Virus record (IMG/VR): IMGVR_UViG_3300046787_000286
Coordinates: 150,007-214,006 of that record
DNA: 64,000 nucleotides
Strand: one strand, 5' to 3'
Shown here: piece by piece, positions 37,541 through 45,094 of the stretch
Layout: the number at the start of each line of letters is the position of its first letter
Numbering within the stretch: position 1 is the stretch's first letter
Notes under the pieces: model-generated
The model's input: only the letters and a program-made list of their open reading frames with translations
The model's database searches: none
What the model was told of the DNA's origin: nothing
Program-made: the position numbers and the translations under genes

Positions 37541-37752
37541 GCCCACCGTAAGTTAAACCAGGCACGGTCTTGGTCGTTGAGCACTCGCCACACGTCAAAA
37601 CCACCAAGTGTGCCTTGGTATTCAATTGTGATGCTATTCTCACCTGCCCACTCATACACTTCTTGACGCTTTGAGTACGGTGTTGCAATATCACGAGCAT
37701 CACTCATGAACACATATCCACGATCGTCACGAGCAAACTCTTTGAGTGCCAT
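37537..37752 (-). CDS. array member 17 (71 aa)
   Basis: Ends NDQDRAWFNLRWA. Confidence 0.8.
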   Translation of the reverse strand: MALKEFARDDRGYVFMSDARDIATPYSKRQEVYEWAGENSITIEYQGTLGGFDVWRVLNDQDRAWFNLRWA

Positions 37753-37973
37753 TACTGCCACCTCATTGCAAACACTGCGGCTTTTTTAGAGCAGTCGAAT
37801 TTCCACTCTGGATTACCGATCCATCGCGGATCGTGCCATCCGTCGTCTACACAAGGGCCAAAGTTCTTTTGACACCATTCAAACATCTCCATGTAGTGGT
37901 GCCAGTCTCGTGTGGGTACATTAATAATGTATTTCCACTTTCGTCGATCTTTTCTACGTTGATGACTATTCAT
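37752..37973 (-). CDS. array member 16 (73 aa)
   Basis: MNSHQRRK...EWCQKNFG...AAVFAMRWQ. Confidence 0.8.
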   Translation of the reverse strand: MNSHQRRKDRRKWKYIINVPTRDWHHYMEMFEWCQKNFGPCVDDGWHDPRWIGNPEWKFDCSKKAAVFAMRWQ

Positions 37974-38203
37974 TTCCATCTCAGCAAGAACATTGTGTAG
38001 GATTTTTCATCCGGGAACTCAACCATCATTTCCTTGCTCAAGCCATACTTGCCGCCAAACGAGCCAGCACGAACTTTGCGAGCACCGTAGTCACGGGCTA
38101 GCACATCCCAGATACTCATGTGGGTACCGTTGGCGGGTTGATCAAACTTTTCCCAATACCAGTCGGCAATTTTTTTAAAATAGGGTTCGATGTTTACTCT
38201 CAT
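37970..38203 (-). CDS. array member 15 (77 aa)
   Basis: Ends FPDEKSYTMFLLRWK. Confidence 0.8.
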   Translation of the reverse strand: MRVNIEPYFKKIADWYWEKFDQPANGTHMSIWDVLARDYGARKVRAGSFGGKYGLSKEMMVEFPDEKSYTMFLLRWK

Positions 38204-38595
38204 GACGTATATTTTAACGCAATCATCATAGCGTCCCTTTCATCGTTTGTTGCCACAAATACTTTATCTCTATCACCCATTCCGTTAATGTCCCATTCCC
38301 CAGTCCATTGGTTCCACATGACTCGTTCAAATTGCCAAACGCAAGTGTTAGTAACTGGACGCTGTGGCCAAAAATATTGCCTAGCATCTTCGCATGGCAC
38401 ATAAGCAAATGGTTCGCATATATCAAAGAACTTGTTTGGGCTGACTATGATAACATGTTTAAAGTTTTGGAACATGTTAGGGATTGTGCTAGCACGATAG
38501 ACTACATTCTCTTCGTACCACGCTTCCCACTCTCGTGTAGCCTTGTCCTTACCGGTACGCCAGGTTAGCCACCGGTCTTTGATCCATTCAATCAT
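38200..38595 (-). CDS. array member 14 (131 aa)
   Basis: Ends NDERDAMMIALKYTS. Confidence 0.75.
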   Translation of the reverse strand: MIEWIKDRWLTWRTGKDKATREWEAWYEENVVYRASTIPNMFQNFKHVIIVSPNKFFDICEPFAYVPCEDARQYFWPQRPVTNTCVWQFERVMWNQWTGEWDINGMGDRDKVFVATNDERDAMMIALKYTS

Positions 38596-38774
38596 GACCA
38601 TTTCAACTTATATACGATGTAAATATCTTCGTCCATGTAGATATTGTCTAGCCCGTAGTCATACTGTGTACCCCAACGACGACCTTCTGGACCAAAGTTG
38701 AGCCCTAGCCAATGTCGTACCTCACTCTTACGAACTGCTGGCCAGTTCTCAATTGCTATTCCGTATTGCTTCAT
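38592..38774 (-). CDS. array member 13 (60 aa)
   Basis: WLGLNFG...EDIYIVYKLKWS. Confidence 0.8.
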   Translation of the reverse strand: MKQYGIAIENWPAVRKSEVRHWLGLNFGPEGRRWGTQYDYGLDNIYMDEDIYIVYKLKWS

Positions 38775-38775
38775 G

Positions 38776-38997
38776 TTACATCTTTAACAAAAACATCATG
38801 TAGTCCTTTTCTTCTTTGAACACAATGTAGTTCTTGTCTTTGCGCCAACTAAACTCTTGGTCACCGTTGTACTCTGCTTTAACAAACTGCCAAAAGCTCT
38901 TGCTGTACACGCCCTTGCCGCGACTAAGCATTGCATCAACGATTCTTGCACTGTATTCCTCTGCAAGTACCCTGTGTTTTTTGCGGAATACGTTCAT
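38776..38997 (-). CDS. array member 12 (73 aa)
   Basis: Ends FKEEKDYMMFLLKM. Confidence 0.8.
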   Translation of the reverse strand: MNVFRKKHRVLAEEYSARIVDAMLSRGKGVYSKSFWQFVKAEYNGDQEFSWRKDKNYIVFKEEKDYMMFLLKM

Positions 38998-39281
38998 AGC
39001 CATTTCAACTTTATAAACGTCATCAAGTCCTCGCGCACATGATAGATAGCACGATGTCGCTCACCGGAGGCTTCCCATTGTTCATCTTTAGTGCCATTAG
39101 CTTCGATCCAGTCTCCGAACCAGTAACTGCAATTTAAGCGATACCAAAGGATCCCGTCATTACGATCGTGTGGGTAGAAACCGACTTCTCCCCCGAGCTC
39201 GTAGTGATATAACTTGTCGCCGTATAGCGGATCACCTTCAATCGGACGCTTTCTGTAAACCCATTTTTGAAAATCTCCCAT
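38994..39281 (-). CDS. array member 11 (95 aa)
   Basis: Ends EDLMTFIKLKWL. Confidence 0.8.
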   Translation of the reverse strand: MGDFQKWVYRKRPIEGDPLYGDKLYHYELGGEVGFYPHDRNDGILWYRLNCSYWFGDWIEANGTKDEQWEASGERHRAIYHVREDLMTFIKLKWL

Positions 39282-39481
39282 TATGCAAACCTCAACTTAA
39301 ACCACATTAGATCTTTCTTGCGCTTGAAGTAGATTTCATCACTAAAGTGATAGTAGTGCCAATTTTTACGCAGGAAGTTTTCGTTGCAAAAAGCAAAGTG
39401 CTGTTCTCTTTCGGTAGGGTGTGTTGGCACACAATGCTTGAACTTTTCTTCATACGTGCCGTAATCAACAATCAGTGTCAT
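39281..39481 (-). CDS. array member 10 (66 aa)
   Basis: Ends YFKRKKDLMWFKLRFA. Confidence 0.8.
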   Translation of the reverse strand: MTLIVDYGTYEEKFKHCVPTHPTEREQHFAFCNENFLRKNWHYYHFSDEIYFKRKKDLMWFKLRFA

Positions 39482-39708
39482 GACCACTTCAGTGCAAAGT
39501 ACACTGCATCTTTTTGCTCACTAAATTTAAACTCAGCGTGAGACCACCCATTCTCGTTTTTCCAACTGCCTTTGCAATTTTTCCTACACCAACGAGCTGC
39601 TAGTTCAACCTTTTGGTCATGCTCGAAGTAGCGTTTTTGTTCGGCAGTGCGAAGTGTGATAATGTGAGGATGCTCACGTTTTGCTTTGCGTCTTTGTGCT
39701 GAATTCAT
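39478..39708 (-). CDS. array member 9 (76 aa)
   Basis: MNSAQRRK...WCRKNC...QKDAVYFALKWS. Confidence 0.8.
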   Translation of the reverse strand: MNSAQRRKAKREHPHIITLRTAEQKRYFEHDQKVELAARWCRKNCKGSWKNENGWSHAEFKFSEQKDAVYFALKWS

Positions 39709-39953
39709 GATGCCCACTTTAATACAAACGCGGTATGACTGGATTCTTTATCCCACCGCAAATACCAACCTTGTGTTTTTGTGATAACAAGTTTGCCCCC
39801 AAGCGGCCTAAGTTGATAGTTCATAACAGTTGCAGTAGACCAGCCATTTGTACGAGCAATCCCTTGGCAATGTTCCAAGAAGTTATCAAACCACTTAGGG
39901 CTGTCATCTTTCCAATAGCTTTTTAAAATAGTAACACGAAATTTATCAGGCAT
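39705..39953 (-). CDS. array member 8 (82 aa)
   Basis: Ends ESSHTAFVLKWAS. Confidence 0.8.
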   Translation of the reverse strand: MPDKFRVTILKSYWKDDSPKWFDNFLEHCQGIARTNGWSTATVMNYQLRPLGGKLVITKTQGWYLRWDKESSHTAFVLKWAS

Positions 39954-40147
39954 TATTTCCACCTCAACATAAACCACTCTGCGTCTTGTTTACGCTCAAA
40001 CTTAACAGCCGTGCTTGAGCGATGAATATGATACATACCTTTGCTGTCGTGTGTCCGCAACCATTCCCACTGGTCGTTATTCAACGGCCGTTTTAACAGA
40101 ACATTCGTCCAGTCTTTTGTATTGTGCGAATCTGGCGTGTGAATCAT
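39953..40147 (-). CDS. array member 7 (64 aa)
   Basis: Ends FERKQDAEWFMLRWK. Confidence 0.8.
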   Translation of the reverse strand: MIHTPDSHNTKDWTNVLLKRPLNNDQWEWLRTHDSKGMYHIHRSSTAVKFERKQDAEWFMLRWK

Positions 40148-40602
40148 GACCACTTCAACTTATAAAACACAAAATCTTTTTCATCGCGGAAGTGAATTTC
40201 TCCGACACCAACCCACCAACGACTCCACGCATCTGGTTTGTCGGGGTGCTTTCCGAACTGCTCGGTACACCATTCGATGATTTCGTTATACTCACGGCCT
40301 AGACGCCAGATGCCATTGCCAATGTCAACAGTGTGCCACTTAGCACGGCTAAATTGGTATTTGGGTTTTGTAACAGGATGCATTGGCAAGAAAATTTCCT
40401 TACATAAGTTAGAACCCATTACAGAAACGCTTCGCTGTTTCAATGCTGAATAGTAGTATAAAGAAATCAGACTCTTACCAGTTTGTCGACCACCGGAGAA
40501 AATCATCATTTCACTAGGATGAATACCGCCAGTAGTATTACTTAATACCGTTGGCGTCAGGGCGTCCCAAGCTTCGAGATCAACTATTGTTTTATTTTTC
40601 AT
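40144..40602 (-). CDS. array member 6 (152 aa) with N-terminal helicase-like P-loop remnant
   Basis: TGGIHPSEMMIFSGGRQTGKS ... EWCTEQFG...FRDEKDFVFYKLKWS. Confidence 0.8.
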   Translation of the reverse strand: MKNKTIVDLEAWDALTPTVLSNTTGGIHPSEMMIFSGGRQTGKSLISLYYYSALKQRSVSVMGSNLCKEIFLPMHPVTKPKYQFSRAKWHTVDIGNGIWRLGREYNEIIEWCTEQFGKHPDKPDAWSRWWVGVGEIHFRDEKDFVFYKLKWS

Positions 40603-40811
40603 GACCACCTCAGTATAAACCAATTGCGTGTTTTTTCATCGGGAAATGCCACCACTATTTGCTGGCTGGCTGCGCTGCCAAAGGTGTGGCTAATACCATA
40701 CTCGCGGTCAAGCCAATCCCAGATACTAACATTGGACTTGTATGGGTTATCCCAATAGTGATTAGCGACCTTCTTGAAGTAGGGATAGATGTCTGCATAG
40801 ATTTTAGTCAT
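40599..40811 (-). CDS. array member 5 (70 aa)
   Basis: Ends FPDEKTRNWFILRWS. Confidence 0.8.
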   Translation of the reverse strand: MTKIYADIYPYFKKVANHYWDNPYKSNVSIWDWLDREYGISHTFGSAASQQIVVAFPDEKTRNWFILRWS

Positions 40812-41020
40812 GACCACCTCAGTACAAATAACACAGCATCCTGTTTGGATCTAAAATGCCACACAGTTTGGTCCCGGCGAAACATAGCACCCCTGTAGTC
40901 TTCTTGACAGTTTTGTTTGCACCACACAAACCTCTCGTCCTTGCCCCATACCCAACCACCTGAATGTGGTACTTCCACACGATGCTGGAGATCTCGGCTG
41001 CGACTGTATTTTGCTGTCAT
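40808..41020 (-). CDS. array member 4 (70 aa)
   Basis: WCKQNC...FRSKQDAVLFVLRWS. Confidence 0.8.
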   Translation of the reverse strand: MTAKYSRSRDLQHRVEVPHSGGWVWGKDERFVWCKQNCQEDYRGAMFRRDQTVWHFRSKQDAVLFVLRWS

Positions 41021-41202
41021 AACCACTTCAATGCAAACATTGTAGCATCTTTTTCATGTTGAAAGTTAAATGTAACATACTGTCGTTTATCAATAACTTC
41101 CCATGTGCGATTAAGCAAGTTCATGCCATGCTCTTGTGCCCATTCCTGGCGCTCTGACACTTCAATGATATTGCGACATGCAACAGTTACAGGATACCAC
41201 AT
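41017..41202 (-). CDS. array member 3 (61 aa)
   Basis: Ends FQHEKDATMFALKWL. Confidence 0.8.
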   Translation of the reverse strand: MWYPVTVACRNIIEVSERQEWAQEHGMNLLNRTWEVIDKRQYVTFNFQHEKDATMFALKWL

Positions 41203-41393
41203 TACGACCACCTCAATGCAAATAGCACAGCACTCGCTTGCTCGTTAAACTTGAAAATAAAATCTGCTTTTCCAGCAGCCATGCCATAAGTCCAATCTCT
41301 TTGCCATTGAAAATCGTTGTCTACTTCGAGCCAGTCAAATACATCGGGTAACACTTTGTCCCGTGGGAGCTTGATTGAAACATCGTAAGTCAT
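41202..41393 (-). CDS. array member 2 (63 aa)
   Basis: Ends FNEQASAVLFALRWS. Confidence 0.8.
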   Translation of the reverse strand: MTYDVSIKLPRDKVLPDVFDWLEVDNDFQWQRDWTYGMAAGKADFIFKFNEQASAVLFALRWS

Positions 41394-41632
41394 GACCACC
41401 TCAACAAAAACAATGTGTAGTCTTTTTCATTTTCAAAATAAACAGTTTCGTTCCGCCAAAACCAGTATACATAACCAAAGGCGTCACGGCACCATTGAAC
41501 TATTTCGTTAAATGGCGCAGAACCGTTATACTGCCAAACGTATACTTTCGACGTGCTTACAGCCCCCACGGAACCGGAAGCCGGAACAAGTGCAGTTGAA
41601 ATTTCCACTATTCTCTGTGACTTTGTATTCAT
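41390..41632 (-). CDS. array member 1 (start uncertain, overlaps SWIM gene)
   Basis: QWCRDAFG...FENEKDYTLFLLRWS. Confidence 0.75.
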   Translation of the reverse strand: MNTKSQRIVEISTALVPASGSVGAVSTSKVYVWQYNGSAPFNEIVQWCRDAFGYVYWFWRNETVYFENEKDYTLFLLRWS

Positions 41633-41882
41633 CGCCTTTGCTACCTTTCACAACCCACATACGACCTAGGGGCTCATCCTCTTTGAGTTTTGTTTTAAAC
41701 TGCACAGGATTCACAATAAACTTGCGGCCACGAGTTTCAATCTTGATGGGATTCCGGAACACTTTGATGTCGCCTGTGCCCCGGGGTTTGAAAGCATACA
41801 TCTTGACCTTGGCATCATCCAGCAAGTAGATACCGTTGGGAACAGAGTCCTTGTAGTCAGTTGTTTCAGCAAACCATTTCAT
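41526..41882 (-). CDS. SWIM zinc-finger protein
   Basis: V.GSKG..Y.V...CTCSGF.FRG.CKH. Confidence 0.85.
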   Translation of the reverse strand: MKWFAETTDYKDSVPNGIYLLDDAKVKMYAFKPRGTGDIKVFRNPIKIETRGRKFIVNPVQFKTKLKEDEPLGRMWVVKGSKGDEYKVTENSGNFNCTCSGFRFRGGCKHVESIRLAV

Positions 41883-42085
41883 TCTTCAACTCCGACTATT
41901 TCAAGGAAATCACTGCGGTAAAGTTCCTCTATCTCTTTAGCAAACTCTTTGTTGCCAAACTCATGCGTGAATACAGGTCGACCCAGACGCTTCTCAACAT
42001 CGCCGTGAAAGTCACTAAATTTACATGCCAACTTACCAGTAAAGCCGGTAATCACAATAGCCTGTTCTTTAGAAAGTTTTTTCAT
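41879..42085 (-). CDS. hypothetical protein
   Basis: EKRLGRPVFTHEF; ends GVEE. Confidence 0.7.
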   Translation of the reverse strand: MKKLSKEQAIVITGFTGKLACKFSDFHGDVEKRLGRPVFTHEFGNKEFAKEIEELYRSDFLEIVGVEE

Positions 42086-42213
42086 TTTGCCATTACCTTT
42101 GCTAACACTTCGCGGGCTAAAGTCAAATCTACAATTTCTGGTTCCTGTTCAACAGGCCATGCTTCGTAAGTTTGAGTCCAAACAATGCGATACAGTTCGT
42201 TGTCTTTGTTCAT
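42082..42213 (-). CDS. 43-aa hypothetical protein (not in ORF track)
   Basis: Fills the gap exactly, with TAATG and ATGA overlaps. Confidence 0.55.
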   Translation of the reverse strand: MNKDNELYRIVWTQTYEAWPVEQEPEIVDLTLAREVLAKVMAK

Positions 42214-42485
42214 TACACTGCCTCTAACATGTTAGCAGGAACGTTGAACACCGAACTACCAGTCTTGACAAGAACATACTTGATTTTAACCTTGTTTACT
42301 GTGCCAGTGTACGTGATACCATTGCGATTGCTGGTAAATTTCACAGCATCGCCAACACGGAATGAACGAGTCTTTTGTTTGGTCATTTGTGCGCGAGCAT
42401 ATTTTACTGCTTCGACTACACTGTTGATTTCGTCGTTGGTGAGATTACCAAACATGATTGCAGAGTTGATGTCTTTGATGTCCAT
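42213..42485 (-). CDS. small KOW/SH3-like protein
   Basis: FRVGDAVKF...GTV.KVK.K.V.V...VPA.ML; AAGGAG RBS. Confidence 0.7.
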   Translation of the reverse strand: MDIKDINSAIMFGNLTNDEINSVVEAVKYARAQMTKQKTRSFRVGDAVKFTSNRNGITYTGTVNKVKIKYVLVKTGSSVFNVPANMLEAV

Positions 42486-42515
42486 TTGGGGCTCCTTTTT
42501 ACTGTCTATGCGTAT

Positions 42516-42544
42516 ATTATAGCAAATCGGTAATTTTTGGTCAA
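42516..42544 (-). promoter_or_regulatory. sigma70 early promoter driving the operon that contains the array
   Basis: TTGACC-17-TATAAT, close variant of the 42-bp repeat. Confidence 0.85.
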
Positions 42545-42545
42545 C

Positions 42546-42812
42546 TCAATTTACCACTTTGTAGCTGTCTTTTTCGAAGAACAACCCGTATACTTTAGTA
42601 TTAACTCTGCGTTCTGTTCCCACACGCCAATCTGAGCAGTGATGGGTTCCGCCTGACCCAGCCCAAGCACCGCAGTAGGAGTAGGATACTGTATAGGGCT
42701 CGCTTACAACTTCGTAAGTGCCAAACACATCATTGACAATGCTAGTACCCACAATTCCAAAAACTGTTAGTACACAAGCCACGATGCAGAAGTTTGTTTG
42801 TTTTGCTGTCAT
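42546..42812 (-). CDS. membrane-anchored protein (predicted leaderless) between two promoter repeats
   Basis: N-terminal TM, C...C pair; ATG 6 nt after TATAAT. Confidence 0.65.
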   Translation of the reverse strand: MTAKQTNFCIVACVLTVFGIVGTSIVNDVFGTYEVVSEPYTVSYSYCGAWAGSGGTHHCSDWRVGTERRVNTKVYGLFFEKDSYKVVN

Positions 42813-42818
42813 GTGTAT

Positions 42819-42876
42819 ATTATAGCAAAACGGAAAATTCTGGTCAACCAAGCAAAATGTAATACTTTTGTAATAC
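42819..42876 (-). promoter_or_regulatory. early promoter with palindrome
   Basis: TTGACC-17-TATAAT; GTAATACTTTTGTAATAC at 42859-42876. Confidence 0.85.
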
Positions 42877-42925
42877 TAGTGTTTATACTGAGATATTTCC
42901 TCCAATAATATGTGTAAATATTTGT

Positions 42926-43303
42926 ATGAACTCCAGAGAATACGCAAAATTTAAAAGACTGTTTGTTGGGCCAATTATGCCAAGAAAAGTAGTCAAAGAA
43001 AGATTTTATAGTGTAATGCCTACAAAATCAAATCCTCGGCCCTTGTTAGAAAAGGGAGATGTTAGAAAGTTGTGGGACAGAGCCGCGGTGCGTAGATATG
43101 CTACTCCTTCTTGGGCTGACAAAAATCAAATTGATCAACTATACACTGAGGCTAGAAAACTAACACTAGAAACTGGAATACCACACGAAGTTGATCATAT
43201 TATACCTGTCAAGCATCCTTTGGTATGTGGGCTACATGTAGAAACTAATTTACGTATTCTATCAGGAACTGTAAACAATAAAAAATCAAATTTTTATAAT
43301 TAA
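42926..43303 (+). CDS. HNH endonuclease
   Basis: ATPSWAD...HEVDHIIP...VCGLHVETNL...N.KKSN; TAAATA 5 nt upstream. Confidence 0.88.
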   Translation: MNSREYAKFKRLFVGPIMPRKVVKERFYSVMPTKSNPRPLLEKGDVRKLWDRAAVRRYATPSWADKNQIDQLYTEARKLTLETGIPHEVDHIIPVKHPLVCGLHVETNLRILSGTVNNKKSNFYN

Positions 43304-43364
43304 TAGGGTTCCTTCTTATGGTTTCTACTGAGTATCATGGTAAATACTACGAAGGAAAAATATC

Positions 43365-43520
43365 ATGAAATTACTACAATGGATCAAAAGTCTGTTTGCA
43401 GCACCGTCTTATCAAGACCAGCTAGACAGTTTCGTAGCTAGCAAACGCCCAACATCAACTGCCGAAGTTGAACATTGGCTCAGAGTCTACGATCAACATC
43501 AAAAAGGATGCACACTATGA
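43365..43520 (+). CDS. 51-aa hypothetical protein (not in ORF track)
   Basis: TAAATA at 43341, AAGGA RBS; MKLLQWIKSLF...AEVEHWLRVYD. Confidence 0.6.
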   Translation: MKLLQWIKSLFAAPSYQDQLDSFVASKRPTSTAEVEHWLRVYDQHQKGCTL

Positions 43521-43612
43521 AAAAGTTTTTAACAGCAGTTTGGGATTTTTTTGTCGAGTGGGGCGAGTATCGCTACCAAGTGGCCAAACGTCGTGGCTTC
43601 ATGACTTACTGA
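43517..43612 (+). CDS. 31-aa peptide (not in ORF track)
   Basis: ATGA-coupled, AAGGA RBS; MKKFLTAVWDFFVEWGEYRY. Confidence 0.5.
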   Translation: MKKFLTAVWDFFVEWGEYRYQVAKRRGFMTY

Positions 43613-43854
43613 GGTTCTAACAACCAACCCTGCCCGCTTGCTCGATGATACCAGCGGTAAAAAGGCTCAGATATAATTAATTTTCCATCTACAGCCATAT
43701 ACGAGTATTTGGGCAGTATTTCTATTCTATCTATTACAACCGCATCGTTGGCAGAAAATGATAATATATCGTGAAGGCCAGCTTCATGTTCTATTCCATT
43801 TATAACAACAGTTAACGTTGGCTCAGTAGCCAGCAGTTCTGAAAAGTTCTTCAT
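43606..43854 (-). CDS. hypothetical protein
   Basis: PFYRWYH..SGQGWLL.P; coupled to the radical SAM gene. Confidence 0.65.
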   Translation of the reverse strand: MKNFSELLATEPTLTVVINGIEHEAGLHDILSFSANDAVVIDRIEILPKYSYMAVDGKLIISEPFYRWYHRASGQGWLLEPQ

Positions 43855-45094
43855 ATTCGGGTAGGTAGGTTAAGACAGAGTTTCCTCTGTTGGATTCAAG
43901 CTGCTTCAAGTATTTGACCAAGTCTGGCAAGCGCCAACTTTCATCTGGTTCAGTACTTAGATAATTTACGTAACTTTGTAAGTCTTGCACCAATTGTGCT
44001 TGCACAGTGTTGGGATTTCTAATGTTCACTATTTGATCGCTTGTGATCATATGAGCATCGATCCAGGCTTGCATTTTATCTATAATCTGTTGTCTATAAC
44101 TCATTGGCAATACTGAAGGTTTTAGAACTTCCGGTCTATATAAAAAATTACAGCTTTCAACGATAATGCTATGTGCTAGTGCATAATCGTATATAGGAAG
44201 CAGTGTATGAACAGTCAAACAAGTAGGCGTTGTTCTAAATTGCATTAACCATTTGAGTTCATTGGCTACTGTTTTCCATCGTTCTAGATTTTCAAACACT
44301 GTTGGCAAGCATACTGGCCAACGAACATAGTCGTTGATAATGCTAAAACTTTCAACACTGAATCCAAGATTAACACCCTTGAATTGTTTAAGTAAATCAA
44401 CAATATCATTGTCCCATACTGACAGATTAGTAGTGAACCCAATGGTTGCATTTGTGTTTAGCCCTGCGTCAACTAGTGCTTGTAGGATAATTCTAAACGC
44501 CGGGGTAATTAATGTTTCGCCGCCAATAAAGTGCAAATACTGTATATGTGGACTTTGCTTTAATGTGTTGATAAATTTCTGAACTAATAAAGGATCATCG
44601 CTCCAGTTAGCAGGTGGCATCTCAGTGATGAACCCAATTTTTTTCCATTCAGCAGCAAGGCGTGAACTTGACTCTGGTCTGCAAAAGACGCAGGCACTGT
44701 TACAAAAATTTCCCAAATCTATTTGCCAATCTTGTGGGTACTGGCTACACTTACTGTCGCCAAATGTAGACACCCATGGGCTGCTTGCTAACGTTTTTTC
44801 AAACTCATCTAGTCTAACTCCAACTTTGAGTAACTGTTTTTGCCTGCCGCTGATTTTATCATGCTTTTCCATGCTGCGACAAGTGTGGCATCCTGCAGGG
44901 CTTGCGCCTTGCAGTAACTCATTTCTCAGGGGTTGCATTATTGTTTGAAAATAATCAACTGGATCAATATCTCTAATATTGTGAGTGCGCGGGGATTGGG
45001 CCCAGCGACAATACTCAAAATCACCAGAATTTGTTATTCTCATGTGAATCCAAGGGCTTGAGCAAAAGTTATTTTTGATATTGTTCTCTGACAT
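43823..45094 (-). CDS. radical SAM enzyme with twitch-like domain
   Basis: CSSPW...YC...CHTC; CNSACVFC; GGET; TTN. Confidence 0.9.
   Translation of the reverse strand: MSENNIKNNFCSSPWIHMRITNSGDFEYCRWAQSPRTHNIRDIDPVDYFQTIMQPLRNELLQGASPAGCHTCRSMEKHDKISGRQKQLLKVGVRLDEFEKTLASSPWVSTFGDSKCSQYPQDWQIDLGNFCNSACVFCRPESSSRLAAEWKKIGFITEMPPANWSDDPLLVQKFINTLKQSPHIQYLHFIGGETLITPAFRIILQALVDAGLNTNATIGFTTNLSVWDNDIVDLLKQFKGVNLGFSVESFSIINDYVRWPVCLPTVFENLERWKTVANELKWLMQFRTTPTCLTVHTLLPIYDYALAHSIIVESCNFLYRPEVLKPSVLPMSYRQQIIDKMQAWIDAHMITSDQIVNIRNPNTVQAQLVQDLQSYVNYLSTEPDESWRLPDLVKYLKQLESNRGNSVLTYLPEYEELFRTAGY

Larger units (their letters stand above)
37537..41632 (-). repeat. tandem array of 17 paralogous small genes with C-terminal F-x-L-[RK]-W
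   Basis: All members end in an [ED]-x-D-x-x-x-F-x-L-[RK]-W-like helix; 15 of 16 junctions overlap and one has a 1-nt gap. Confidence 0.92.

Noticed and set aside
33536-41632. Diversity-generating retroelement acting on the fibre or the array
   Set aside because: No reverse transcriptase and no TR/VR pair differing at adenines were seen in this window.
37537-41632. Integron cassette array
   Set aside because: There is no intergenic space for attC hairpins and no integrase in the window.
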